From Patescibacteria group bacterium (GTDB lineage Bacteria > Patescibacteriota > Minisyncoccia > Phycocordibacterales > Zambryskibacteraceae), in contig JAZKAE010000001.1 in assembly GCA_040389345.1 (NCBI GenBank), positions 1 to 42,152 of the forward strand: a stretch of DNA of 42,152 bases, in the 5' to 3' direction. Positions 17,620 to 27,292 of the stretch are shown piece after piece; position 1 is the first letter of the stretch; each line of letters opens with the position of its first letter. The notes beneath the pieces were generated by a model that saw only the letters and a program-made list of their open reading frames with translations, was not told the DNA's origin and made no database searches. Made by a program: the position numbers and the translations under genes.

Positions 17620-18516
17620 ATGGAGGGGCTCACTACACCCGTCCTTCTCATAGCCTTTAATCGACCGGACACAGCAAGCGCGGTGTTTGAGACGATACGT
17701 AGGGCGAGGCCACAAAAGCTCTTTATGTTCGTCGATGCACCGCGCACCGATAGGCCTGAAGAAACAGTGTTATGCGAAGAGACAAAGAGCATTATTAAAA
17801 AAGTCGACTGGCCATGCGATGTGCATACACTTTTTCCTGATGAGAATCTTGGAGCAGGCCGCGGTCCGGCCAAGGCCATCACTTGGTTCTTTGAGAACGT
17901 TGAGTCAGGGATCATCCTTGAAGATGATTGTGTCCCTAACGATTCGTTCTTCAAATTCTCTGAGGAAATGCTCGAGAGGTACAAAGATGACGAGCGGATC
18001 ATGGTAGTGAGCGGGAACAATTTCCAAGAGGGCCATATGCGAGGCGATGCAAGCTACTACTTCTCTGTGTATCCTAATACCTGGGGCTGGGCAACGTGGA
18101 GAAGGGCGTGGAAGCACTTTTCGTATACAATAGAACCCCTTGCTCACCTTGAGTCTATCGTAGGGAAGGAGGCCATAGGCCATTGGGATGAGGCGTTCAG
18201 ATCGGTCCAAGGAGGAACACGCAAGGATGTGTGGGATTATCAATGGGTCCATGCTGTGTGGACCCATAAAGGTCTATCAGTTGTCCCAAACAAAAATCTG
18301 GTCTCAAACATCGGACATGGCGAAGTGGCCACTCACACAAAAAAGATGGATACGCGCGCCCTGGAGCTTCCCAGAGAAGAAATGCTGTTCCCTCTTGTAC
18401 ATCCGTCTTCAATAACTTCAGATAAAAAGGCAGACCAATTCCTTTTCAAAAATTTTTTCCAAAGAAATATTGGCAGAAGGCAAAAGATAAAGAATTTTAT
18501 ACAAAGACTTATATGA
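17620..18516 (+). CDS. GT-A fold glycosyltransferase (nucleotide-diphospho-sugar transferase)
   Basis: PVLLIAFNRPD, IILEDDC, WGWATWRRAW, WDYQW, NLVSNIG; start reset to ATG 17620. Confidence 0.88.
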   Translation: MEGLTTPVLLIAFNRPDTASAVFETIRRARPQKLFMFVDAPRTDRPEETVLCEETKSIIKKVDWPCDVHTLFPDENLGAGRGPAKAITWFFENVESGIILEDDCVPNDSFFKFSEEMLERYKDDERIMVVSGNNFQEGHMRGDASYYFSVYPNTWGWATWRRAWKHFSYTIEPLAHLESIVGKEAIGHWDEAFRSVQGGTRKDVWDYQWVHAVWTHKGLSVVPNKNLVSNIGHGEVATHTKKMDTRALELPREEMLFPLVHPSSITSDKKADQFLFKNFFQRNIGRRQKIKNFIQRLI

Positions 18517-20093
18517 ATATCCCTATCCTCCTCACAGCATTCACTCGCTACGATACGACAAAGAGAACTTTTGATGAGATCCGCAAAGCAAAGCCAGAAA
18601 AATTATTCTTTTATGTGGACGGCCCCCGAGATAGCCACCCCGACGATGCGGCTCTGGTTGAGAAGGTGCGCAGCCTAATCAAAGAGGTGGATTGGGAATG
18701 CGAAGTATCCACTCTCTTTCCTGAGAAAAACCTTGGATTTATAGAAGGCATGGGCTCCGCCCTTAATTGGTTCTTTGAAAATGTTGAGGAAGGCATCGTG
18801 CTCGAAGACGATTGCCTTCCTGACTCAACGTTCTTTCCATTTGTTAGAGAAATGCTCGATAAATATAAAAATGATGAACGAGTGATGCATATCTCAGGGG
18901 ATAACTTTCAATTCGGACAGAAGCGCGGGGAGGCAAGCTATTATTTCTCTGCGTATCCAAACAGCTGGGGATGGGCGACATGGAAACGGGCCTGGAAACA
19001 TTTTGATCCAAGCATGAAAGACTTTCCTGTCTTCAAAACTTCAAAAAAAATAGAGCAGATCCTTCCTACCCAAGACGAACAAAAAGTCTGGATGGACACA
19101 TTTGAAAAGTCATACACGGGCGAGTTTAAAACTTGGGATTATGTATGGGTCTACACTATATTTGAGCGAGGAGGCTTATTCATCATCCCAAATGTAAACC
19201 TTGTATCCAATATTGGATTCGGCGCGCACGGCACACACACAGTGTCGAGCACAAGCATATTCGCAAATATCCCTACCGAGCCAATGATGTTCCCCCTTAC
19301 ACATCCTGTGGAGATGCGCGCGGACCGAGAAGCTGATAGGCTGGTATTTAACAATCTGTTCAAAAGTAAGCTACGCCTAAAACGAATGATCAAAGCCCGC
19401 ACATTAAAGATGACACCTAGATGGATGAAGGATGTAGGTAAGATGATCCTCGCCTACCCTGACACAAGGCAAAATAAAAAACTCCAACAGAAGTATCGAG
19501 ATTTCACCATGATCAGATCAAAGGTCTTCATTGAGAACCTTACTCTGGCTGGCTCCTTCTCTTCTATAAAGGGCGCCGTAGTCGAATGCGGGGTGTGGCG
19601 AGGCGGGATGAGTGCGGCTATGGCCGAAAAGCTCGGAGTCGACCGCGAATACCACCTGTTCGACAGCTTCGAAGGCCTCCCTCCGGCCAAGGAGATCGAT
19701 GGCGAACGGGCCAAGGCTTGGCAAAGCGACAAGACCTCTAAGATCTACTTTGATAACTGCAAAGCCGAAATGAGCTTTGCGCAAATCGCTATGGAGATGT
19801 CCGGGGCCACGAATGTGACCCTCCACAAAGGCTGGTTCTCAGACACACTCCCTAATTTCACGCCTAGCTTCCCTATCGCAGTACTGCGCCTTGATGGAGA
19901 TTGGTACGACTCGACCATGCAATGCCTTGATGGACTGTTCAAATATGTGGCCAAGGGTGGAGCGATCATCATCGACGATTACTATACATGGGAAGGCTGC
20001 TCCAAAGCGGTCCATGACTTCCTCTCTAAGAACAACTTGAAAGAGACTGTTCATGAATCCAAAGGTGGAGTCGCTTATATCATCAAACAATAA
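18513..20093 (+). CDS. Glycosyltransferase fused to a TylF/MycF/NovP-type O-methyltransferase
   Basis: N-half is a paralog of the upstream GT; C-half has VECGVWRGG, LFDSFEGLP, KGWFSDTLP, LRLDGDWYDST, IIDDY. Confidence 0.92.
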   Translation: MNIPILLTAFTRYDTTKRTFDEIRKAKPEKLFFYVDGPRDSHPDDAALVEKVRSLIKEVDWECEVSTLFPEKNLGFIEGMGSALNWFFENVEEGIVLEDDCLPDSTFFPFVREMLDKYKNDERVMHISGDNFQFGQKRGEASYYFSAYPNSWGWATWKRAWKHFDPSMKDFPVFKTSKKIEQILPTQDEQKVWMDTFEKSYTGEFKTWDYVWVYTIFERGGLFIIPNVNLVSNIGFGAHGTHTVSSTSIFANIPTEPMMFPLTHPVEMRADREADRLVFNNLFKSKLRLKRMIKARTLKMTPRWMKDVGKMILAYPDTRQNKKLQQKYRDFTMIRSKVFIENLTLAGSFSSIKGAVVECGVWRGGMSAAMAEKLGVDREYHLFDSFEGLPPAKEIDGERAKAWQSDKTSKIYFDNCKAEMSFAQIAMEMSGATNVTLHKGWFSDTLPNFTPSFPIAVLRLDGDWYDSTMQCLDGLFKYVAKGGAIIIDDYYTWEGCSKAVHDFLSKNNLKETVHESKGGVAYIIKQ

Positions 20094-21010
20094 TGGTACT
20101 CTCTCCTCTCACCGGCTTAAATTCTAAGAAGATCAAAGATATCCAAGTCCGAGATATTGTCCGTGGGTACAAAGAAGAGCTTGGTATTGATACGGAGAAA
20201 TATTTTGAAGGGCTTGATTCGATCAGTATTTACGAGGATGAGATGACGGGATACAGGTTTTATCACCCCCTCACCCTTGCTGGAGATGGCGAATTTTACG
20301 AACAGCTTGAAAAGTATCCTTGGTACTACGTCACCACAAAGATAGAACACGAAGATGCTCTTACATATATTGATGGAGCAAGCAGCCTCCTTGAGATCGG
20401 ATGTGGCCGAGGAGAATTTTTGGAAAAAGTACAGAAACAAAACATCAAAGCCACGGGACTTGAGCTCAATGAAAGCGCAGTGAGAGAAGGCCAAGCCCGA
20501 GGATTCAAGGTGCTCCATGAATCGATCGAGGAGCATACTAAGGCCCATCCTGGTGAATATGATGTGGTTTGCTCTTTTCAAGTTGTCGAGCATATTGCAG
20601 ACATAGGCACCTTTATGAAAGCCTCGATCGATGCGTTGAGACCAGGAGGTAAACTCATTATTTGCGTGCCAAACAATGATTCAGTGCTTTTCCATGCCGG
20701 ACAAGAGATATATCTCAATATGCCCCCGCACCACATGGGCATGTGGGATATTCATTCGCTCACAGCACTTACTCGCGCCTTCCCTCTAACACTTTTTGAT
20801 ATACGATTAGAATCCCTGCAGTCTCAGCATGTTGGATTCGCGCGCAAAGTAGCCTTGAGATCTGTTCTAGAAAAACTCGGGCGCAGGAATCTTGCGTGGA
20901 TCCCCGGTCTCGGTTTTATCGCCGAGAAGATACTCCGCATGGGAGCGTACGCCCTTGCTCCACACATGATCGGCCACAGCATCACGGCAGTGTATACAAA
21001 AAACTCATGA
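20093..21010 (+). CDS. Class I SAM-dependent methyltransferase
   Basis: LLEIGCGRG, DVVCSFQVVEH, LRPGG, NMPPHH. Confidence 0.9.
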   Translation: MVLSPLTGLNSKKIKDIQVRDIVRGYKEELGIDTEKYFEGLDSISIYEDEMTGYRFYHPLTLAGDGEFYEQLEKYPWYYVTTKIEHEDALTYIDGASSLLEIGCGRGEFLEKVQKQNIKATGLELNESAVREGQARGFKVLHESIEEHTKAHPGEYDVVCSFQVVEHIADIGTFMKASIDALRPGGKLIICVPNNDSVLFHAGQEIYLNMPPHHMGMWDIHSLTALTRAFPLTLFDIRLESLQSQHVGFARKVALRSVLEKLGRRNLAWIPGLGFIAEKILRMGAYALAPHMIGHSITAVYTKNS

Positions 21011-21747
21011 AAAAAGCCCTCCTTTTCTATCGCACGATGAAACGAACGCAGACGAGCATTCACTCGAGGCTTTCGGGTCTCTTCTCGTTCTTTTCCGATC
21101 TTAAGTCATACAAGAACCTCAAAGCGAACTCTGCCTTCGCTCTCAGGGATGAGAACTTAAAGCCCATGATCTTTGATAAGACCACTAACACTCCTGTCGA
21201 CCCGGTCTATTTCTATCAGGATGCGTGGTGCGCAAAAAAAATATTTGAAAATAAACCCACGCATCACACAGATGTAGCCTCAGAAGCTGGATTCATAGGG
21301 ATCGTCTCTCAGTTTGTCCCCACTACCATGGTAGACATTCGCCCAGTCGATCTGCGCATGCCCGGGTTTGAGTTCAAGACGGGCGATGTCACCCATCTTC
21401 CTTTCCCAGATAACTCCATTGAGTCCTTGAGTTCGATCTGTGTGATCGAGCACATCGGCCTCGGCCGCTATGGTGATCCGCTGGACCAGTTCGGTTCGGA
21501 GAAGTCAGCAGAAGAACTGAAGCGTGTGCTAAAACCAGAGGGTAATTTGTACATCTCTGTGCCAATAGATAGAGAAAGCCGGATCTATTTTAATGCTCAC
21601 AGAGCCTTCACACGGGAGCATGTTCTCAAGCTCTTCTTGCCTCTTTCACTTGTTGAAGAAAAATACATCTATAAGCGGGACCTCTTTGATTTATATGACC
21701 CAGAAAGAGGATTTGGTACGGGCTTGTATCATTTTAAAAAGCAGTGA
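21007..21747 (+). CDS. DUF268-type methyltransferase-fold protein
   Basis: YFYQDAW, VDIRP, LPFPDNS, IEHIGLGRYGDP, FNAHR; start reset to ATG 21007. Confidence 0.85.
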   Translation: MKKALLFYRTMKRTQTSIHSRLSGLFSFFSDLKSYKNLKANSAFALRDENLKPMIFDKTTNTPVDPVYFYQDAWCAKKIFENKPTHHTDVASEAGFIGIVSQFVPTTMVDIRPVDLRMPGFEFKTGDVTHLPFPDNSIESLSSICVIEHIGLGRYGDPLDQFGSEKSAEELKRVLKPEGNLYISVPIDRESRIYFNAHRAFTREHVLKLFLPLSLVEEKYIYKRDLFDLYDPERGFGTGLYHFKKQ

Positions 21748-22760
21748 AGCAATATAATTTCTATACCATATTCGCTAAAGAGTTTTTAGCGAAGGCTCTT
21801 GCCCAACATGACTCTCTGCTCCGACATGTTCCAGGAGATTTTAATCTCTGGATGCTGTGCTTAGACGACCTTACGTATGACATCCTTCAGAAATTGCATT
21901 TAAAAAATGTCATTCCAATTAGGGTATCAGAGATCGAAGATGACGAGCTTCGTGAAGCCAAGAAGGACCGGACCATCTCAGAGTACAGTTGGACACTTAA
22001 GCCTTCGATGGCAACATATATCCTAAAAAAGCATCCGGAGATTAAAATACTCTTCTACATAGACACAGATATTTATTTTTATTCTTCAATTGAACCACTC
22101 TATGAGGAAATGGGAGATGCTTCAGTTATGCTCTTCCCGCACAGGCTTCCTAAGGGCAAAAAATATAAGGAAGAGGAAGTAGGCAAATATAACGGTGGGA
22201 TGATCATGTTTAGAAATGTTGATGAGGGCAAAAGGATCATTGAATGGTGGAGACAGCAGTGCAATGAGTGGTGCTACCTCAAAGCTGAACCAGGGAAACT
22301 TGGAGACCAAAAGTATCTTGACTATTTTGAAGAAAAATTCGAAGGAGTAAAGATATCGGAGAACCTCGGGGCAGATGTTGCTACATGGAATATAAAGAAT
22401 TACCGAGGAACTGTACAAAAAATTGATGGCCAGGTGTATGTGCTCGGAGTACCTCTAATATGCTTTCATTTTTCGGTGTTCAGGCATTATTATCCATCAT
22501 ATTTTTTTCTGCCGAATGGGCCAGCAACGGGCTATGATTACACCCTTCCCTCTCCTGAAAAAACATGCATCTACGATGAATATATGGCACAGGTCTATGA
22601 AGGATTCGAGAGGATAAGGATCGTACATCCTGGATTTAGATATGGAGCGACAACTCGACCCTCCCTATGGAGGCAGGTCAAAAAGGATATATTTCTACTA
22701 GTTCGAATGAAAATGAGCGAACTAATAGACCGTATACTGGGCAGGACCTCTCACCCTTGA
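21744..22760 (+). CDS. Putative GT-A glycosyltransferase
   Basis: LWMLCLDD, EYSWTLKP, YIDTDIYFY (DxD), YNGG, GDQKYLD. Confidence 0.78.
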   Translation: MKQYNFYTIFAKEFLAKALAQHDSLLRHVPGDFNLWMLCLDDLTYDILQKLHLKNVIPIRVSEIEDDELREAKKDRTISEYSWTLKPSMATYILKKHPEIKILFYIDTDIYFYSSIEPLYEEMGDASVMLFPHRLPKGKKYKEEEVGKYNGGMIMFRNVDEGKRIIEWWRQQCNEWCYLKAEPGKLGDQKYLDYFEEKFEGVKISENLGADVATWNIKNYRGTVQKIDGQVYVLGVPLICFHFSVFRHYYPSYFFLPNGPATGYDYTLPSPEKTCIYDEYMAQVYEGFERIRIVHPGFRYGATTRPSLWRQVKKDIFLLVRMKMSELIDRILGRTSHP

Positions 22761-22795
22761 TTTCCCCCTATTTAGGCATACAATAAGCCATAAAT

Positions 22796-23536
22796 ATGAA
22801 AGGCGTCATCTTAGCAGGCGGCAAGGGTACGCGCCTTTATCCCCTTACTAGGGTAACTAATAAACATTTATTACCTATATATGACAAGCCCGTCATATAT
22901 TACGGAATCGAGAAGCTAGTATCTGCTGGGGTCGATCATATTATGATCGTCTGCCCTCCCGACTATCTAGACAGTTATGTCAGACTCCTAGGCTCAGGGG
23001 AAAACTTCATTTCGAAGGGAACTGGTAAACAAGTGCAGATCGTGTATGGGATCCAAAACCAAGCATCTGGTATCGCTTACGGACTATACATAGCCAAAGA
23101 TTATGTCGGTTACGACAACTGTATTCTCTATCTAGGAGATAACTTACTAGAGGATGACATTTCCGAGCACGTCCGCAATTTCAGTCATGGAGCAACTGTA
23201 TTTCTCAAGAAGGTAAAAAATCCAGACCAGTTCGGCATCGCTGTTGTAGATGATAACAATGTGGTCAAAGAAATAGTGGAGAAACCCAAAAAGAATATAG
23301 GGGATCTTGCTGTGGTTGGAGTATACATCTACGACAACAGTGTCTTTGAGAAAATGGTAGGACAAGAAGCCTCCAAGCGCGGTGAAAAAGAGATAACGGA
23401 TATAAACAACGCGTATATACAAGAAGGAACCCTCAGGGCTGTGACCCTAAAGAAAAGCTGGTTTGATATAGGAAGCATAGATGCCTTGGTCGAAGCATCT
23501 GTCTACTATCAAAAAAAGAAAAATAATGGCAAATAA
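22796..23536 (+). CDS. rmlA: Glucose-1-phosphate thymidylyltransferase (short RmlA/SpsI type)
   Basis: GVILAGGKGTRLYPLT..NKHLLPIYDKP, LGDN, EKP, RGEKEITD, WFDIG. Confidence 0.9.
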   Translation: MKGVILAGGKGTRLYPLTRVTNKHLLPIYDKPVIYYGIEKLVSAGVDHIMIVCPPDYLDSYVRLLGSGENFISKGTGKQVQIVYGIQNQASGIAYGLYIAKDYVGYDNCILYLGDNLLEDDISEHVRNFSHGATVFLKKVKNPDQFGIAVVDDNNVVKEIVEKPKKNIGDLAVVGVYIYDNSVFEKMVGQEASKRGEKEITDINNAYIQEGTLRAVTLKKSWFDIGSIDALVEASVYYQKKKNNGK

Positions 23537-24476
23537 AAGAACTATATTAGTTACCGGAGTCGCAGGCTTCATCGGCTCAAATTTCTTGAACTTCATGGTC
23601 AAGAAATACCCTTCTTATAGTTTTATTGGGGTTGATTCGCTTACCAGTATTGCTAGTAAAGACAATATAGAAGTATGGGGAAAGAAAAATTTCATCTTCT
23701 TTAAATGTGACATTAGAGATCGAGTAGAGCTCAAAAAGATCTTTCATGACAATGCCATAACTGATGTGATCCATTTGGCAGCCGAAACCCATGTTGATCT
23801 AAGCATCAAAAATCCCATTCTCTTTTCTGAAGTGAATGTCAATGGGACGAACAACCTTCTCTATCTTTCTCATAAGTACGGCCTTAAGCGATTCCATCAT
23901 ATTTCAACTGATGAAGTATATGGAGCCCTTCAAAAAGAGGATGCTCCATTCACTGAAGAATCTCCGCTTCAGCCGAACAATCCATATAGTGCCTCGAAGG
24001 CAGGAGCAGAATTCTTTGTTCGCGCTTATCACAAGACATTTGGGATGGATACGGTTGTTACTCGATGTTCTAACAACTACGGCCCTCGGCAAGACGCTAC
24101 AAAACTTATCCCTCTCTTCCTTAAAAAACTTCTTGCTGGGGAAAAGGTTCCTCTCTATGGCAGGGGTGCTCAGATGCGTGAATGGCTCTATGTAGATGAC
24201 CATGTTCGGGGCCTTGACCTTGTATTCCATAAAGGAAGATCAGGGGAGGTCTATAATATCGGGGCAGAAACTGAATACCCAAATATTGAAGTAGTGGAGA
24301 AGCTTTTAAGGCTCACTGGTAGAGATAAAAAATCTATCCATTTTGTTCCGGATAGACTCGGACATGATTTCCGTTATTTCCTCGATATTTCAAAGATCCA
24401 GAAACTGGGCTGGAAACCCAAAGTAAGCTTTGAAGAAGGCTTGAAAAGAACCCTTGCGTTCTATAGATCAAAATAA
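23526..24476 (+). CDS. rmlB: dTDP-glucose 4,6-dehydratase
   Basis: GVAGFIGSNF, AAETHVD, ISTDEVYG, PYSASKA, RCSNNYGP, GHDFRY; start reset to ATG 23526. Confidence 0.95.
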   Translation: MANKRTILVTGVAGFIGSNFLNFMVKKYPSYSFIGVDSLTSIASKDNIEVWGKKNFIFFKCDIRDRVELKKIFHDNAITDVIHLAAETHVDLSIKNPILFSEVNVNGTNNLLYLSHKYGLKRFHHISTDEVYGALQKEDAPFTEESPLQPNNPYSASKAGAEFFVRAYHKTFGMDTVVTRCSNNYGPRQDATKLIPLFLKKLLAGEKVPLYGRGAQMREWLYVDDHVRGLDLVFHKGRSGEVYNIGAETEYPNIEVVEKLLRLTGRDKKSIHFVPDRLGHDFRYFLDISKIQKLGWKPKVSFEEGLKRTLAFYRSK

Positions 24477-25369
24477 TGAAAAAGAGAATCATAATTCTCG
24501 ACCACAACGGCGGAAGGCTGGCTAATCAGCTGTGGAATTTTATGAGCCTGTACGCGTATTCCTTAGAAAAAGGATATACACTTGAGAATTACTCTTTCTG
24601 GAGATATGCCGCTGATTTTAATATTCCCTTCCCACGAAACTATTTCATACAGTTTATTTTGTTTGGAGAACTTATCAAGCATAAGTGGTACCGCATGATC
24701 GGTGCGCCAGATAAATTTGTCAGAGCAATGAAATACCTCTACTCTGAGCAGGTCATATCTGATGATGGCATCCACCCCATCTATCTTCCTCCTTCAAACA
24801 AAACAGATCCCCTTTCATCACAAGATGAGAAGACCATATATACTATCGGCTGGTTATTTAGGAACCCGGTCGGCATAGCAAAATACAGAAAAGAGATACT
24901 CGCGTACTTCAGGCCTAAAGACAGGATCACTAAAAAAATTGAAGAAAGAATTGCCGGTCTTAGAAGAAACACAGACCACCTCGTCGGTGTTCATATTCGA
25001 CAAGGAGATTACAAGACCTGGGCAGGCGGACAATACTATTTTGAGCAGGGCGCTGTTCGAAATATTCTCGATGAATATCTCAAATTTTTGGGCAAGTCTG
25101 CCACCTTTGTCCTTTGCTCAGACGAGAACATAGATGTGGATGCATTTAAAGGATTAAATATCCAAGTTTCAAACGGCTCGCCTGTCGAGGATCTATTTCT
25201 TCTCTCCAAAACAGATGCCATCATTGGCTCTAATAGTACCTTTGGAGCTTTTGCTTCTTACTATGGGAATATTCCTTACATCGTATTCAACGAAAATATA
25301 GACTGGGAATATTATCGAGATAAACGTGAGTATTTTGAGAATAAATACAGTACTCTAGTACACTACTGA
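24476..25369 (+). CDS. GT11 (alpha-1,2-fucosyltransferase-like) glycosyltransferase
   Basis: GGRLANQLW, VGVHIRQGDY, DLFLLS..IIGSNSTF. Confidence 0.88.
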   Translation: MKKRIIILDHNGGRLANQLWNFMSLYAYSLEKGYTLENYSFWRYAADFNIPFPRNYFIQFILFGELIKHKWYRMIGAPDKFVRAMKYLYSEQVISDDGIHPIYLPPSNKTDPLSSQDEKTIYTIGWLFRNPVGIAKYRKEILAYFRPKDRITKKIEERIAGLRRNTDHLVGVHIRQGDYKTWAGGQYYFEQGAVRNILDEYLKFLGKSATFVLCSDENIDVDAFKGLNIQVSNGSPVEDLFLLSKTDAIIGSNSTFGAFASYYGNIPYIVFNENIDWEYYRDKREYFENKYSTLVHY

Positions 25370-25370
25370 C

Positions 25371-26312
25371 ATGAAAGACAAAAAGATCCTCATTTTGGGC
25401 GGAAGCGGATTCATCGGAGCGCATCTTACTAAACGGCTTATACATGAAGAAGCCCTAGTAACGGTCCTTTGCAGAGATCCTAAAGAACTTCAGAATATCG
25501 AAGCATATCAGAATGCGCGCCTGTTGAATGGTGATATTACACACTATGATGACGTCGCTTCTGCAATCAAAGATGCTGACATCATAGTGAACTTAGCGAC
25601 AGTTGTACAAACAACTAAAACCTTTGATCCGTATACTGACTTCAATGTGAACTTGAAAGGCCAAATAAACGTCCTTGAGGCGCGCAAGAACGTGAACCCG
25701 CATGCTACCTATATCTACATAGGCTCAAGTATGCAGTTTGGCCAGGTCAAAGAAGAGCATCTTCCTGTAGCTGAAAATCACCCCCAGAAGCCAATTTCTT
25801 TGTATGGCGTTCACAAAGTAGCTGCAGAGGAATACTGCTATATCTATGAGAAGGCCCATGGCCTGCCTTCGATCATTGTTCGGTTCCCTCCGATATACGG
25901 CCCTTCCCTGACAGGCAAGCCGACTCGAAGTGTTATAGAGAAGTTTGTAAAAATGGCTCTCAACAGCGAAACATTTCATGTTTATAGCCATGGCAGTGAT
26001 CGCAAAGATCTTATCTATATCGATGATGTGGTAGAGGTTCTCATTAAACTCATGGCTATACCTGAGAAAAAAGGAGTGTACAACGCAGGGTCTGGCACTC
26101 AAGTGCTTTTCTCGGAAGTGGCTCAAATGATCGTGGATGAAAGCGGTAGTGGGAACTTTATTCTTATGCCTTCACCCGATGAGTTCAAAGGGTTCGATAT
26201 TGGAAGCTTCTATTTTGATATCTCAAAAATAAAGCATGAACTTGGCTGGACCCCAAAGATAGATATACGAGAAGGATTGAAGAGGATGATCAGTTTTTAT
26301 AAAAACAAATGA
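25371..26312 (+). CDS. NAD-dependent epimerase/dehydratase/reductase (extended SDR)
   Basis: GGSGFIG, YGVHK (YxxxK), IYGP, DLIYIDD, YNAGSG. Confidence 0.9.
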   Translation: MKDKKILILGGSGFIGAHLTKRLIHEEALVTVLCRDPKELQNIEAYQNARLLNGDITHYDDVASAIKDADIIVNLATVVQTTKTFDPYTDFNVNLKGQINVLEARKNVNPHATYIYIGSSMQFGQVKEEHLPVAENHPQKPISLYGVHKVAAEEYCYIYEKAHGLPSIIVRFPPIYGPSLTGKPTRSVIEKFVKMALNSETFHVYSHGSDRKDLIYIDDVVEVLIKLMAIPEKKGVYNAGSGTQVLFSEVAQMIVDESGSGNFILMPSPDEFKGFDIGSFYFDISKIKHELGWTPKIDIREGLKRMISFYKNK

Positions 26313-27292
26313 GTACTTGCAAAGTCTGTGGTGCGGAGCTCCGACCTTACAAGAAACATGTGTTTGATGACAGATATGGCTATCCCAAAGCCTTTGATAT
26401 CTCTCGCTGTACCTCATGCGGACTTTTGATCACCCTTCCCCCGCTCACAGAGGCAGAGATCGGACCTTTGTATTCAGACCATTATCCTTACAACGACGTC
26501 GACCCAAAAAAGATCAGAGCTGGATTCAAACCGGAAACAGACAAGGATTCGCGACGCAGCAATTGGCTGAAGGGCAACCACAAGATCCACTTTATGCTTC
26601 CTCCAGGAACTGGGAGAGTGCTTGATGTCGGATGCGGAGACGGGCGCTCTCTTCTTCAGCTTGAGGCACTCGGGTATGAAGCTCATGGCATAGAAGCAGA
26701 TGAGAACATCAGGCGCATCAAAGATGAGCTTCGTCTGGATATCTATATAGGTACGATCGAAGACTATCCATCCTTGCCGGAGAAATTCGACATCATTATT
26801 GCAAACCAACTCATCGAGCACATTATAAACCTTGAGAGCTTCATGAACTCGGCTTATAAGCTCTTAAAGCCGGGCGGTACTATCATCATGAGCACGCCCA
26901 ATGCAGGGAGTATCCAAAGATTTATGTTTGGCCGCGCTTGGGTCAACTGGCACATCCCTTATCATCAACAGATCTTCACTAAAGATTCTCTGCGCCTTCT
27001 CCTTGAGAAGTTTGGATTCAGTGTGACAGAAACAAGAACTGTGAGCCCTACCGCCTGGACACTTCATCACCTGCATGCAATTCGTCATCCCCAAAAGCTC
27101 GGAGTGAAGAACCCGTACTGGAGCGGCAAGCCTAAAGAAAAAACCAAGGATTCAACTGGTGAGTCTTCAAAAGCTCTTTCCCTCAAGCCTTATATATTCA
27201 AATTCATCGTCGCCTGCGTCACTGTGTTCAACAGGATCCTAGATGTATGCGGACTTGGGGACTGCCTCATCATCACAGCTACTAAGCAATGA
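26309..27292 (+). CDS. Class I SAM methyltransferase with N-terminal CxxC..CxxC
   Basis: CKVC..CTSC, VLDVGCGDG, LIEH, LKPGG..STPN, HIPYH. Confidence 0.9.
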   Translation: MSTCKVCGAELRPYKKHVFDDRYGYPKAFDISRCTSCGLLITLPPLTEAEIGPLYSDHYPYNDVDPKKIRAGFKPETDKDSRRSNWLKGNHKIHFMLPPGTGRVLDVGCGDGRSLLQLEALGYEAHGIEADENIRRIKDELRLDIYIGTIEDYPSLPEKFDIIIANQLIEHIINLESFMNSAYKLLKPGGTIIMSTPNAGSIQRFMFGRAWVNWHIPYHQQIFTKDSLRLLLEKFGFSVTETRTVSPTAWTLHHLHAIRHPQKLGVKNPYWSGKPKEKTKDSTGESSKALSLKPYIFKFIVACVTVFNRILDVCGLGDCLIITATKQ

